Shown here: piece by piece, positions 28,901 to 39,439 of the stretch
How the letters are laid out: every line of letters starts with the position of its first letter
Position numbering within the stretch: position 1 is the stretch's first letter
NCBI GenBank assembly: GCA_963806225.1
Contig: CAWDXG010000004.1
Coordinates: 832,001 to 896,000, forward strand
From: an uncultured delta proteobacterium
Lineage (GTDB): Bacteria; Myxococcota_A; Polyangia; Polyangiales; Polyangiaceae
Reading direction: 5' to 3'
Length of the DNA: 64,000 nucleotides
Program-made: the position numbers and the translations under genes
Notes under the pieces: model-generated
The model's input: the letters and a program-made list of their open reading frames with translations, nothing else
Databases searched by the model: none
What the model was told of the DNA's origin: nothing

Positions 28901-30215
28901 GTCGGGTAGGCCCGGGCGTTGCCGCCCGGGCCCCCCACAGATCCGGACGGGCGCGATTTGCGCATCCGGCTCTTCGGATCACGCCAGGGCGCGTAGGTCG
29001 CGAGGTTCGGGCAGACGAGGGAGCGGGTAGTGCTCCGCAAGCCGGCGCATTTTCTCCCACGTTACGCGGGCGCGTTGCGAGCGACGGTGCAGCCAGCCGC
29101 GCCAGAGGCGATACACCTCGTGACACAGCGCAACCAGTCGGCCCTCGTTTCCCATCACCCCGAAGTAGGCAAAGTGCCCCTTCAGGGAACGGCAAATCCG
29201 GACCCACTGGATGCGCACCGGCAAGTGTCGGTTCCGGCGGCACCACTCGTTCAGCCTGTGCAATGTGCGAGTGAAGCGACTCCGCGACGTCTTGAGCTGG
29301 ATGACCCAGTGGCCTCGCTTGGACCGCGCCCAGTAGAGCGTGAAGCCAAGCAGGTCGAACGTGTCTGAGCCCACCTCCTTTGACGTACCGTCGTCCTCTT
29401 TCGAGAGCAGCGGCCGCTTGAAAGGCAGGAGGCGCGTCTTGTCTGGGTGTAGTTCCAGCCTGTGCTTCGCGAATCGCTTCGGCAGCACTTCATGCACACG
29501 TCGTGCATCATCCTCCCGCTCGAATGCTATGACGAAGTCGTCAGCAAAGCGCACCAGCACTGCGCGTCCACGCAGCACTGGCTTCACCTGGCTTTCAAAC
29601 CACACGTCCAGCACCGTATGCAGGAAGATGTTCGCCAACATCGGCGAGATAACCCCACCCTGCGGCGTGCCAGCTTCGGGGTATCTGATCTCCCCGCGCT
29701 CCATCACGCCCGCGTTGAGCCACTTGCCAATGAGACGCAGCACGACACCGTCCCCTATCCGTTGACGAAGCACCTCGCACAGCTGTTTGCGGTCGATGGA
29801 GTCGAAATACGTACGTATATCGACTTCCAGCACCCATCCGTCGCGCATTTCCATCAGAGTGTCGCGTAGCTTGCCCAGGGCTTGGTGGGCACTCCGCCCT
29901 GGTCGAAACCCATACGGTCCAGAAAGTCCTGCTCGTACACGGTTTCTAGAAGCATGGCTACCGCCCGCTGGAGCACCTTGTCCTCGAAGGTTGGGATGCC
30001 CAGCGGCCGGGTCTGCCCGTTGCCTTTCGGGATGTACACCCGCCGGACGGGTGGCGCCCGGTATTCGCCAGAGTGCGCGCGGTTGACCAGGGTCTCGAGG
30101 TTCGCCTCGAGTTCCTCGCCATATTCATCCGCGCTGCATCCGTCGACTCCAGTCGCGCCGTCCTTGCGGGTGCGCTGATAGGCTTCGTGCAGCCACTCCT
30201 CGTCCATGTGATGCG
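28901..30215 (-). mobile_element. 5'-truncated group II intron (IIB-like)
   Basis: Domain V gagccggatgcg-caaat-cgcgcccgtccggatct (28939-28972), domain VI stem ending ...tacccgAC at 28901, RT ORF, lower GC; no room for domains I-III. Confidence 0.88.
28979..30215 (-). pseudogene. ltrA: Group II intron RT/maturase, N-truncated and frameshifted
   Basis: [50 protein letters not shown] domain; no En domain; frame break near 29915. Confidence 0.88.
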
Positions 30216-30294
30216 ACTCCTGTTGACCCCCACCCACCCCGGCATCCTGCCGCGACCCATCCGCGACACGCCGACAAGTGCGGCGAACGGCGGT

Positions 30295-31485
30295 CTACAC
30301 CGGCTTGAGCACCGGGTCGCGGCGGGAATCGGCGATGTGGTCGTCGATGGCTTCGCGTTCGCGGGCGCAGTAGTCGCGGACGGCGTGGTCGAGGCGCGGG
30401 TCGGCGAAGTGGTGCGCGCTGTGCGTGACGGTGGGCTCGAAGCCGCGGGCAAGCTTGTGCTCCCCACCCGCGCCGGGCTCGAACAGCGTCAGGCCGCGCG
30501 CGATCGCGTCCTCGATGCCCTGGTAGTAGCAGACGTTGAAGTGCAGAAACGGCCGCTCTTCGCACGCGCCCCAGTAGCGACCGTACAGCGCGCCACCGCC
30601 CAGCAGGTTGAACGCGCCGCCGAGCGCGCGGCCCGAGGAGCGCTCGCGCGCGAGCACCAGGTGCAGCGAGCCGGGCATGCGCGAAGCGACCTCGTGGAAG
30701 AAATTGCGGTTCAGGTACTGCCGGCCCCAATAGAACTTCTCCACCGTGGCGCGGTAGAAGTCGAACATGGTGTCGACGGCCTCGGCGTCGATGTCGCTGC
30801 CGCTCAGGATGCGGAAGGCGACGCCCTGCCGCTGCATGTCGCGCCGCTCGCGGCGGATCTGGTGGCGGCGCTTGGAGCTGAAGCGCGCGAGGAAATCGTC
30901 GAAGCAGGTGTAGCCGGCATTGCGCCAGTGGAACTGCAGGCCGTAGCGCTGGACGAGCCCGGCCTCCGACAGGAGTTCCGCCTGGGCGCGCGGCGGGAAC
31001 AGCACATGCGCGCTCGACAGGCCGAGCCGCTCGCACAGCTGCTCGAGCCCCGCGGCGAAAGCCGCCGTGCACCGCGGCTTCGTCCACGCCCGGCGCGACC
31101 AGCAGCCGCGGCCCGGTCGCCGGCGTGAAGGGCACGGCGACGATCAGCTTCGGGTAGTATTCGAGGTCGCAGCCGCGACTCGGCGAAGTGCGCGCAAGCT
31201 GTGGTCGAAGACGAACTCGCCCTCGCTGTTGCCCTTGACGTACGCCGGCGCGGCCGCGACCAGCTCGCTCGCCCTGCCACATCCCGAGGTGCATCGGCAT
31301 CCAGCCGCGTTCGGGGCGCACGCAGCCGGTCTGTTCCAGCGCGTCGAGCCAGTCGAACAACAGGAAAGGCGGCGCATCGCTGCCGGTGAGCGCGCGTCCA
31401 GCGCTGCTGACCGAAGATCGCGGATGAACTCGTAGCTCCTGAGCTCGAGCGCGTCGCGGGACTCCGGCGCCATCGGGGCCGACAT
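30295..31485 (-). CDS. FemAB-related GNAT family protein (frameshifted)
   Basis: YVKGNSEGEFVFD, YYPKLIVAVPFTPATG, QFHWRN, LYGRYWG, FEPGAGGEHKLARGF. Confidence 0.85.
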
Positions 31486-32019
31486 GCAGGCTTCTCGATG
31501 CGGCAGGGAGCGCCGCTCCGGAAACAGGGCCTGCCAGATGCTGCCGGGGCGCGCGCCGAAGCCGGCCTCGAGCCGCTCGAAGACGACGACGTTGAGCCGG
31601 CCGCGCCGGCGGCCGCGCCACGGCCTGCACGAACGCGATGTCGCAACGGTAGCCGGTTCGCGTTCGCCGCTTCGCGCGCGAGCTCGAAAGCGCGCGCGCG
31701 CGTCGATACTGCGCCGCCCCTCGAGACGGCGCTTGACGTGCAGCGCGGCGCGCATGGCGGCGTGGTAGGCAGAGAGCCACTCCATCCACGGCTCGGCGCC
31801 GCCCGCGATGGCAGCGGCCTCCAGGCGTTCCGCGCGGCGGTCGATCTCGTCGAGCGGCAGCATGTCGAGCTCGCGCAGCGCGCCGGGGAATTCCCGCGCC
31901 AGCTCCCTGAGCGGCGCGCGCGCCTCGGCGATAGCTGGTGCCGGGCGCGCCTGAACTCGCCGAGCGCGCGGTACTTGCGCGCCAGGGCGAGCCAGGTCGG
32001 AACGGAAAAGGCGCTCCAC
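31482..32019 (-). CDS. Hypothetical protein (frameshifted)
   Basis: Coherent fragments LARKY...LAREFPGALRELD...GRLNVVVF; boundaries approximate. Confidence 0.45.
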
Positions 32020-32066
32020 GTGCAATCACATAGCACGCAGGATCGCCGCCGCACAGTCGGCGCGCC

Positions 32067-33241
32067 CTACAGAAGCTTGCGGAAGCGGTAGCAGATGAGC
32101 TCGAGCAGCCGGTCGCCCAGCGGCCGGAACAGGAACTCGTGCGAGTCGACCTCGCGGCTGTCCTCCAGATCCCGCTCGAAGCGACTGCTCCATGACGGCG
32201 GCAAAGCCCTCGTCGGACACGGCAACATTCACCTCCAGATTGGAGCGGAGCGAGCGTGCGTCCATGTTGAATGTGCCGATCGTACTCCAGTGCCCGTCGA
32301 TCACCGCCGTCTTGGCGTGCAGCACGTTCCGCTGCCACTCGAAGACACGCACGCCGTGACGCATCAGACCGCCCCACACGGCGCGGCTGGCGTGTCGAAC
32401 GATCTCCACGTCGCTCACGCCCGGCACCAGCACGCGGACGTCGGCGCCGCGCCGCGCCGCGCGCTTGAGCGCGCGGACGACCATGCGATCCGGAACGAAA
32501 TACGAGTTGGCAATCCAGACGCGGCGCTCGGCGCGGTACAGGTTCTTCAGGTACGCGCGGACGATCTCGCGGCGGTGCCGGGCGAAGTCCTCGCCAAGCA
32601 CACGGACCTTCTGCGGGCTGCTCTGCCTGGGCGGCGCCGGCGGCGGGCTCCACCGCCAGCGGCACGTCGGTCTCGCGCCGCCAGTTGCGCAGGAAGATGC
32701 CGCTTAGGCCGGCGACGACCGGACCTTCGAGCCGCGCCATGTCGTCGCGCCAGCCATGCCCGTCCTGGTCGTACGGCTGCCACTGGTCGGCGATGTTGAT
32801 GCCGCCCGTGAAGCCGATCTCGCCGTCGACGACGAGAATCTTCCGGTGGTCGCGCCGCGTCAGCTTCGCCAACCGGAAGCGCTTGTGCCAGGGCATCACC
32901 GGGTTGAATTCGAGCACCTTGACGCCCGCTTTCGCGAGCTCCTCGAACATCCCGAAGTCGCTCTCCCAGGAACCGAGAGAATCGTAGATCAGCGCCACTT
33001 CCACGCCGCGCGCGGCGGCGTCGGCCAGGGCGCGCGCGAACTTCCGGCCGATCCCGTCGGACGCGAACCAGTACATCTCGAGCAGCACCTGGCGCTTCGC
33101 GCCCTCGATCGCCTCCAGCATCGATGGGAACGCCGAGGCGCCGTTGCGCAAGAGCCAGATGTGGTTGCCCTCGACAAAGTGCTCCTGCACCCGCCGCAGA
33201 CCTCGCGGGACGCTTTGCTTCTGGCGGATCTCGAGCGGCAC
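32067..33241 (-). CDS. cls: Cardiolipin synthase / phospholipase D family (frameshifted)
   Basis: Two HKD motifs: RDHRKILVVDG and LHAKTAVIDG; GGINI, WRD, ANSYFVP. Confidence 0.88.
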
Positions 33242-33334
33242 GGCGATCGAGCTTAACCCGGCGGGGCTCCTGGCCCAGGCCCAAGTGCAGCGGAGGGGTT
33301 GCGCCGGAGCGCTCGGCGGGCCGAAGATGCCTCG

Positions 33335-34192
33335 ATGCTGCGGCTCGACGAGTTCGAGAGTGCGTTCAAGTCCGCGGACAAGCAGCGCTACAGCTATTCG
33401 CCCGTGGACATCTCGAGCGTGCTGGTGTTCACGGACCTGCCCCGGGAACAGGCGCGCCACTTCTCGTCGGATGTCCGCGACTACCTGACGGTACTCGAAC
33501 GCGCCGATCTCTCCTGGCGGGAAGTCGCGGGCGACGAGTTCGACGACGCGGGAGAGCTGCTCGCGATCGTCGAGCGCGAGCGGCCCGATCTAATCTGTGC
33601 CTACCGGAACCTGCACGGCGGCGCACGCCGCTTTCCGTTCAGCCTCGGCGCACACGTCGACGTGCTCACCCAGGCCACGACCACGCCGGTGCTGCTGCTG
33701 CCCGCGCCGACGGACGAAGGACGACTGTCGCCGGGCACACGCGACACGGACTCGGTGATGGTGCTGCACGACCAGCTCACCGGCTCCGACTCGATCGTGA
33801 ACTACGGTGTGCGCTTCACGACACCGGGCGGCAGGCTGCTCTTGGCGCATCTCGAGAACGATCACGTCTTCCAACGCTACATGGATGTGATCGCCAAGCT
33901 GCCGTCGATCGACACGGAGCGAGCGCGCGTGGACATCGCCGCGCAATTGCTCAAGGAGCCCAGCGACTACATCGCCAGCGCCAAAGCCGAGATCGAAGCC
34001 CACGAGCTACCGCTCGAGGTGCACCCTGTCGTGACGATGGGGCACCAGATCGCCGACTGCAAGCGACTGGTCGAAGAGAACGCGATCGACATGATCGTGA
34101 TGAACACCAAGGATGACGAACAGCTCGCGATGCACGGGCTCGCCTACCCGATCGCCGTCGAGCTCCGCGACGTGCCGCTGTTGATGCTCTGA
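33335..34192 (+). CDS. Universal-stress-protein-like tandem domain protein
   Basis: USP-like C-terminus (IDMIVM...DVPLLML); coupled to the downstream transporter. Confidence 0.55.
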   Translation: MLRLDEFESAFKSADKQRYSYSPVDISSVLVFTDLPREQARHFSSDVRDYLTVLERADLSWREVAGDEFDDAGELLAIVERERPDLICAYRNLHGGARRFPFSLGAHVDVLTQATTTPVLLLPAPTDEGRLSPGTRDTDSVMVLHDQLTGSDSIVNYGVRFTTPGGRLLLAHLENDHVFQRYMDVIAKLPSIDTERARVDIAAQLLKEPSDYIASAKAEIEAHELPLEVHPVVTMGHQIADCKRLVEENAIDMIVMNTKDDEQLAMHGLAYPIAVELRDVPLLML

Positions 34193-35595
34193 TGCTGTCG
34201 CTCCTCTCCATCACCGCTGCCGCGGCACCGGAAGAGCCGCATCCGTCGCTCGCCGTGACGCTCTTGTTCCTGCTGCTGCTCGTCGCGATGATCGTCGCGC
34301 TATCGCTGGAGGAGAAGCTCCACGCGAAGAAGTCGGTCATCACCGGCGTCAGCGCGGTCGTCGCGCTGTTCCTGGGCGGGGTGTTCCACATCCTGCCGTT
34401 CGGCGCGGTCACCAACGTGTTCGGCGAGCACGTCGATCTGCCCGTCTACGTCCCGTCCATCGACTGGGGCGTGATCGCGCTGATCCTGGGCGCCAGCCTG
34501 TTCGTCGACGTGACCAGCAAGAGCGGGCTCTTCACCTGGATCGCGATCAAGCTGACCAAGGCCTCCGGCGGCGACCCGTGGAAGCTCTTGTTCTCCTACG
34601 GCGTGATGACCGTGGTGTTCTCGGCGGTGCTGAACAACGTCACCGCCATGCTGATCGTCGGCTCGCTGTCGGCGGTCAGCCTCAAGAAGCTCGGCGCCAG
34701 CGACAAGCTGCTCGGCTTTCTGCTGATCGAGGGCCTGTTGACCAACGTGGGAGGCCTGCTCACGCTCATCAGCTCGGTGCCCAACATCATCGTCGGTCAC
34801 GCCGCGCACATCCCTTTCATGCGGTTCTTCCTGGTGGCCGGCCCCTACGTGGCGGTGGCCACGGTGGCGACCATCATCGCCGGCGGGTGGCTGTTCGACC
34901 TGCAGCGTCTGAAGACGCCCGGGGACCGGGCCCGCGCGGCGCGCCTGGTCGCGGGCTTCGACGAGAACGACGGCATCGGCAGCCGCGGCTTCTTCTGGTT
35001 CTCGCTGGTGATGTTCGTGCTGTTCATCGCCACGCTGGCGGCCACGTCGGTGCTGCCCGTGATCCGCGATCTCGACATGGGCTACGTGGCGCTGGCGTTC
35101 GCCGTCATCGTCCTGCTCCGCTACAGGGGCGAGGTCGATCGCTTCTACCAGGCCATCGACTGGGACCTGCTGCTGTTCTTCGCAACGCTTTTCGTGGTCA
35201 TCGGCGTGATGGAACACGCCCGTGTGCTGGCGCTCATCGGCCACGGCATCGCTGCGCTCGTGGGCCTGGGCACCCACGCAGGCAGCGCCGCGCTGCTGAT
35301 GGCCTCGGCGGGAGCCAGCTCGGTCACCGACAACATCCCGCTGACGGCGGTTCTGGCGCGGATCCTTGCCGCCATGCACCATCCCGATCCCGGGCTCTGG
35401 TGGGCCGTGGTATTCGGCGCCAACCTCGGCGGCAATATCACGCCGATCGGCTCGGCCTCCACAGTGGTAGCTGTCACCATCATGCACAAGCACGAGCTCG
35501 GGATGGGATTCGGACGCTTCGTGCGCACCGCCCTGCCATTCGCCTTGATCCAGATACTGCTCGCCGTGGTCTACGTCGTCGTGTTCGTCGCCTGA
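34192..35595 (+). CDS. ArsB/NhaD/SLC13 (IT superfamily) permease
   Basis: FSAVLNNVT, SSVPNIIV, TDNIP, GANLGGNITPIGSAS; many TM helices. Confidence 0.88.
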   Translation: MLSLLSITAAAAPEEPHPSLAVTLLFLLLLVAMIVALSLEEKLHAKKSVITGVSAVVALFLGGVFHILPFGAVTNVFGEHVDLPVYVPSIDWGVIALILGASLFVDVTSKSGLFTWIAIKLTKASGGDPWKLLFSYGVMTVVFSAVLNNVTAMLIVGSLSAVSLKKLGASDKLLGFLLIEGLLTNVGGLLTLISSVPNIIVGHAAHIPFMRFFLVAGPYVAVATVATIIAGGWLFDLQRLKTPGDRARAARLVAGFDENDGIGSRGFFWFSLVMFVLFIATLAATSVLPVIRDLDMGYVALAFAVIVLLRYRGEVDRFYQAIDWDLLLFFATLFVVIGVMEHARVLALIGHGIAALVGLGTHAGSAALLMASAGASSVTDNIPLTAVLARILAAMHHPDPGLWWAVVFGANLGGNITPIGSASTVVAVTIMHKHELGMGFGRFVRTALPFALIQILLAVVYVVVFVA

Positions 35596-35610
35596 TCGGA
35601 TAGCCCCCGG

Positions 35611-36555
35611 ATGCTCGAGAACCTCGGCCTGCTTCTGCTCGGCGGCGCCCTGCTCTACTTCGGAGCGGAGTGGCTGGTGCGCGGCGGCGCGGGGCTGGCA
35701 CGCGCCTTCGGGGTGAGCCCGCTGGTCGTCGGGTTGACGGTGATCTCCTACGGGACCTCGGCGCCGGAGCTCGCGGTGAGCATGCTGTCGGGCCTCGACG
35801 GCAAACCGCAGATCGCGCTCGGCAACGTCATCGGCTCGAACATCGCGAACATCGGCTTGATCCTGGGTCTGACGGCGCTGATCGCGCCTCCGCGCGTGGA
35901 CGGCTCGCTGGCGCGGCGCGAGCTGCCGGTGCTGCTCGCGGCCAGCCTGGCGCTGCCGCTGATCCTGGTGCGCGGGCTGGCCGGGCACCTGGTCGCGCTC
36001 GGTTTCGTCGCGGGCGCGCTCGGCTTCACCTACGCGACGTTGCGCTGGGCGCGACCGGACGCCCGCCCCGACGACGAGCCAGGCGGGGATGAGCCGGCGA
36101 CGGCCAACCGTCTGGTGCTCTCGGGGCTGGCCGTGCTGGGGCTCGCCCTGCTGCTCGGCGGCGGCAAGGTATTCGTGGACGGCGCCATCGGGCTGGCGCA
36201 TCACTTCGGGATGAGCGAGCGGGTGATCGGGCTCACGGTGGTCGCTATCGGCACCTCCCTGCCCGAGCTGGCCGCGTCGCTGGTGGCGGCGCTCCGCGGT
36301 CACTCCGAGCTGGCGATCGGCAACGTCATCGGCTCGAACATCTTCAACGTGCTGCTGATCCTGGGCGCGACGGGGCTCGTGGCACCGCTGCACGGCAGTC
36401 TGCACGCGATGCGGCTCGACCTGGGAACAATGCTGACGCTGACGGTGTTCTGTATCTGGTCGCTCAGGACCTCGCGCCGCGTGACGCGCGTCGAGGGCGC
36501 CCTGCTGACCGCGGGGTACTTCGGCTTCCTGGTCGCGCTCATCGCGCTCGGCTGA
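35611..36555 (+). CDS. Ca2+/Na+ antiporter (CaCA, YrbG-like)
   Basis: GTSAPE and GTSLPE alpha-repeats; GNVIGSNI twice. Confidence 0.92.
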   Translation: MLENLGLLLLGGALLYFGAEWLVRGGAGLARAFGVSPLVVGLTVISYGTSAPELAVSMLSGLDGKPQIALGNVIGSNIANIGLILGLTALIAPPRVDGSLARRELPVLLAASLALPLILVRGLAGHLVALGFVAGALGFTYATLRWARPDARPDDEPGGDEPATANRLVLSGLAVLGLALLLGGGKVFVDGAIGLAHHFGMSERVIGLTVVAIGTSLPELAASLVAALRGHSELAIGNVIGSNIFNVLLILGATGLVAPLHGSLHAMRLDLGTMLTLTVFCIWSLRTSRRVTRVEGALLTAGYFGFLVALIALG

Positions 36556-36664
36556 CGCGACGGTCCTCGGGCCGGCCGGGCCGGCTGAATCGCCGCCGGC
36601 TCGCCAACGTCCAAGAACTGCCGAATCGGCTGCCGGCCGCCGCAGCCGGGACTATCCTCTGCCC

Positions 36665-37807
36665 ATGCCACTCGCATCCCGTCCGTGGCGCAGCGCCGGT
36701 GGGTTGACCACGGTAGCCGCCCTGCTGCTCGCCAACGCCTGCCAGACCTCCCGACCGGTCCAGTATCCGCAGCAGCGGCCGCCTCCCCCGGGCTACGCGC
36801 AGGGCCCCTACGCCCCGGGGCAGTACCCCCCGGGGCAGTATCCGCCGCAGCAGTACCCGCCCGGGCAGTACCCCGCGCAGCAGCCGCCGGGTTACGCGCA
36901 GCCCGGGCAGTACCCGCCGGGGCAATACCCACCGGGGCAGTACCCCGCGCAGCCGCCGCCCGCTCCGACCGCAGCGCCGGCCCCGGCGGCCGCACCGGTC
37001 GCCTACGACCCGATCAACACCGACAACGTGCAGTGGGAGCGCTCGCGCGCGCAGCAGATCATCGCCGAGCTGATCGCCGCGCTGCCGGCAGCCCAGCGCC
37101 AGCGCGTGCAGGGCATTCCGCTGGTCGTCGACAACACGCCGGGCGAAGTGAACGCCTTCGCCGCCTGCACGAAGGATGGCAAGGCGCTGATGACGATCAC
37201 CGACGGCCTGCTCGACATCGAAGCGCACCTGGCCAACGCGAAGTCCACCGACGAGATGTTCCACTCGAACAAGACGTCGCAGTACATCCAGCTCATCGCA
37301 AAGTACCAGCAGCCGAACAGGCCCATCGTGCAGCCCGCTGCCGGCTTCTTCAATCCGGTCCAGCAGGCGAACCCTGCCCGCGTGGCGCGCCAGCACGTCC
37401 TGTTCGACGAGCAGGTCGCGTTCGTACTCGGCCACGAGCTCGCGCACCACTACCTCGGCCACCTTGGTTGCACCGGTCGTGGCGGGCTCGACGCGCAGGA
37501 GGTCGGGCGCGTGCTGTCGAGCGCGGTGCCGCTCTTCAACCAGCCGAACGAGTTCGCCGCCGACGCGGCCGGCACCAACAATGTGCTGACCGCCGGCGCG
37601 CACCGCCAGGGCGCGCATTGGACGGAGGAAGGCGGAATCCTGACGATGCAGTTCTTCGAAGGCGTGGAGCAACTGAGCCCGCTCGACATCCTGTTCGGCT
37701 TCGACCGCTCGCACCCCGCCCCGCAGCTGCGCATCCCCGTGATCCAGCAGACCGCAGCCGCATGGCGCACAACGGGCGGCGCCGGCCTGCCGATCCCGAC
37801 GCTCTGA
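36665..37807 (+). CDS. M48-family metallopeptidase lipoprotein
   Basis: ANAC lipobox, QYPPG repeats, VNAFA, HELAH, EFAAD, SHP. Confidence 0.85.
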   Translation: MPLASRPWRSAGGLTTVAALLLANACQTSRPVQYPQQRPPPPGYAQGPYAPGQYPPGQYPPQQYPPGQYPAQQPPGYAQPGQYPPGQYPPGQYPAQPPPAPTAAPAPAAAPVAYDPINTDNVQWERSRAQQIIAELIAALPAAQRQRVQGIPLVVDNTPGEVNAFAACTKDGKALMTITDGLLDIEAHLANAKSTDEMFHSNKTSQYIQLIAKYQQPNRPIVQPAAGFFNPVQQANPARVARQHVLFDEQVAFVLGHELAHHYLGHLGCTGRGGLDAQEVGRVLSSAVPLFNQPNEFAADAAGTNNVLTAGAHRQGAHWTEEGGILTMQFFEGVEQLSPLDILFGFDRSHPAPQLRIPVIQQTAAAWRTTGGAGLPIPTL

Positions 37808-37989
37808 GCTCCAGCGCTCGCGGTGGCGCTGACCCGCAGGCGTCGCGGCTAGCGCGCGCGGCGGCGGCCCGAGCAGCGCAGGGCCTCGGGTCGCCATCCT
37901 CTACCCCGTGAAGCCGCCACCAGACTACGGCGTGCCACCGCAACCGATGCACGAACTAGAACAGGCCAGGCAGGATCGCGAGCGGGCCC

Positions 37990-38140
37990 GCGGCGGCGCA
38001 ACCGGGGGCATGGGTGGAAGCAGCGGCGCCGGGGGCGACGCTGGCTGTGTGCCAACCGGTAGCTGCGCCGGAGTCGGTTGCGGGCCGGTGCCCGACGGCT
38101 GCGGGGGGTACCTCGACTGTGGCAGTTGCACAGCGCCTCC
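37990..38140 (+). pseudogene. Remnant of a Cys-rich myxobacterial repeat gene
   Basis: GGATGGMGGSSGAGGDAGCVP..CGPVPDGCGGYLDCGSC with no signal peptide or continuation. Confidence 0.4.
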
Positions 38141-38217
38141 GGACAACGTCTGGGCCACGGAGGCTATCGGTCGGGACAATCGCGCGTCACCTGTAGCCGG
38201 TCACAGGTTGGCAGAAT

Positions 38218-38541
38218 CTACTGCCACACGCGCGCACCGAGGCCGGCGCGGGAGTCGGCGTCGAGCTTGTCCAGCAGGTGGGTGACGTGGACTTCGACCG
38301 TTCGTTCGGCGCAGTCGAGGTGGGCGGCGATGATCTTGTTCGACTCGCCCTCGACAACGTGGGCGAGCACTTCGAGCTCGCGTGGGGTGAGAGCGAAGCG
38401 CTGCGCTGCTGCGCGCAGCCTCGCCTCGAGCCCGTCGCGTCGCGAGCGGGCCCGGGCGATGGCGACGACGTACCCCGGGGCGCCGTGCACAGCGAGCGGC
38501 AAGAGTTCGAATTCCGTGCACCGTTCGGGATGGAGCTCCAC
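38218..38541 (-). CDS. LuxR-type HTH protein (short, possibly truncated)
   Basis: LTPRELEVL...GESNKIIAAHLDCAERTVEVHVTHLLDKL. Confidence 0.75.
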   Translation of the reverse strand: MELHPERCTEFELLPLAVHGAPGYVVAIARARSRRDGLEARLRAAAQRFALTPRELEVLAHVVEGESNKIIAAHLDCAERTVEVHVTHLLDKLDADSRAGLGARVWQ

Positions 38542-39225
38542 GGGACACCCGGTGACCGCGCCGCCTGGTCCCGGGTTGCCGAGCACCGCCCCGAGGGCGT
38601 CTCGCTCTGGTTCGTCGAGCTGCCCGACCACGGGGAAGCACCGGACAGCAACGACAGTTTGCCCGCCTACGAGCGCGAGCTGGACGCGATCATCGAGTCG
38701 GCACCCGCACCGGTGGTGCTCGTGGGGTTGTCCGTCGGCGCGTTCCTGGCGGCGCGCGCCGCGGCACGCCATGTCGAACGCATCGAGCGCATGCTCCTGT
38801 GCGGCGGCTTCACCGGCTTCGACGCGGACGGATTGAACCTGCGCCGGGGCCTGGCCGCGGCGCTGCGTTCCGGGCAGGAAACGCCGGCGAGTCTGCTGCC
38901 GCAGTTCCTCGATCCCCTGCTGCACCCCGACGAGCGCGATGAAGTCGCGGTACAGATCGTGCGACGCGCGGAGCATGACCCGGCAGTGCGCTTCGCGCGA
39001 GCCATGGAACGCATGCTGGACATGGGACAAGGGGACTTCCGTATCGCTCGCTACCAACCCCCTACCCGGGTGCTCCACGCCCGCGGCGATCCCCTCGTGC
39101 CGCTTGTCGAGGGCGAGCGATTGGCCGGGCTCGGAGACAACGCAGAGCTCGTGGTGCTCGACGCCCACTCGCACTTGTTGCCGCTCAGTCACGCGCCCGA
39201 GGTTGCTCGGCACCTGTTCGCCTAG
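38530..39225 (+). CDS. Alpha/beta hydrolase (possibly N-truncated)
   Basis: LHG, LPDHG, GLSVG nucleophile elbow, GDPLV, HSHL. Confidence 0.75.
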   Translation: MELHGTPGDRAAWSRVAEHRPEGVSLWFVELPDHGEAPDSNDSLPAYERELDAIIESAPAPVVLVGLSVGAFLAARAAARHVERIERMLLCGGFTGFDADGLNLRRGLAAALRSGQETPASLLPQFLDPLLHPDERDEVAVQIVRRAEHDPAVRFARAMERMLDMGQGDFRIARYQPPTRVLHARGDPLVPLVEGERLAGLGDNAELVVLDAHSHLLPLSHAPEVARHLFA

Positions 39226-39439
39226 CAGGAGTAGGCATTTCGCGAGCGGCGTGAGTCGGCATGGCGGGCGGTTGCACCTGCTCGTGGAACGGGCCCCCAG
39301 GGCGACCCGGGGGCCGCAGCCGCAGCCGCACGCCGTCGCTACGGCCAGCGGCTGCCAGGACCCAGCCGGAAAGCCAGAGCTCATCTGCCTCTTTCCGCGC
39401 AACCCGTGCTGTGGATCAGTCGACTAGCGGGACGGCAGC

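Noticed and set aside
28979..30237. Retron or defence-associated RT
   Set aside because: Domain V/VI RNA and a maturase X domain identify it as a group II intron.
36790..36960. QYPPG and other Gly/Ala/Pro repeats as functional DNA repeats
   Set aside because: They are ordinary low-complexity protein linkers.
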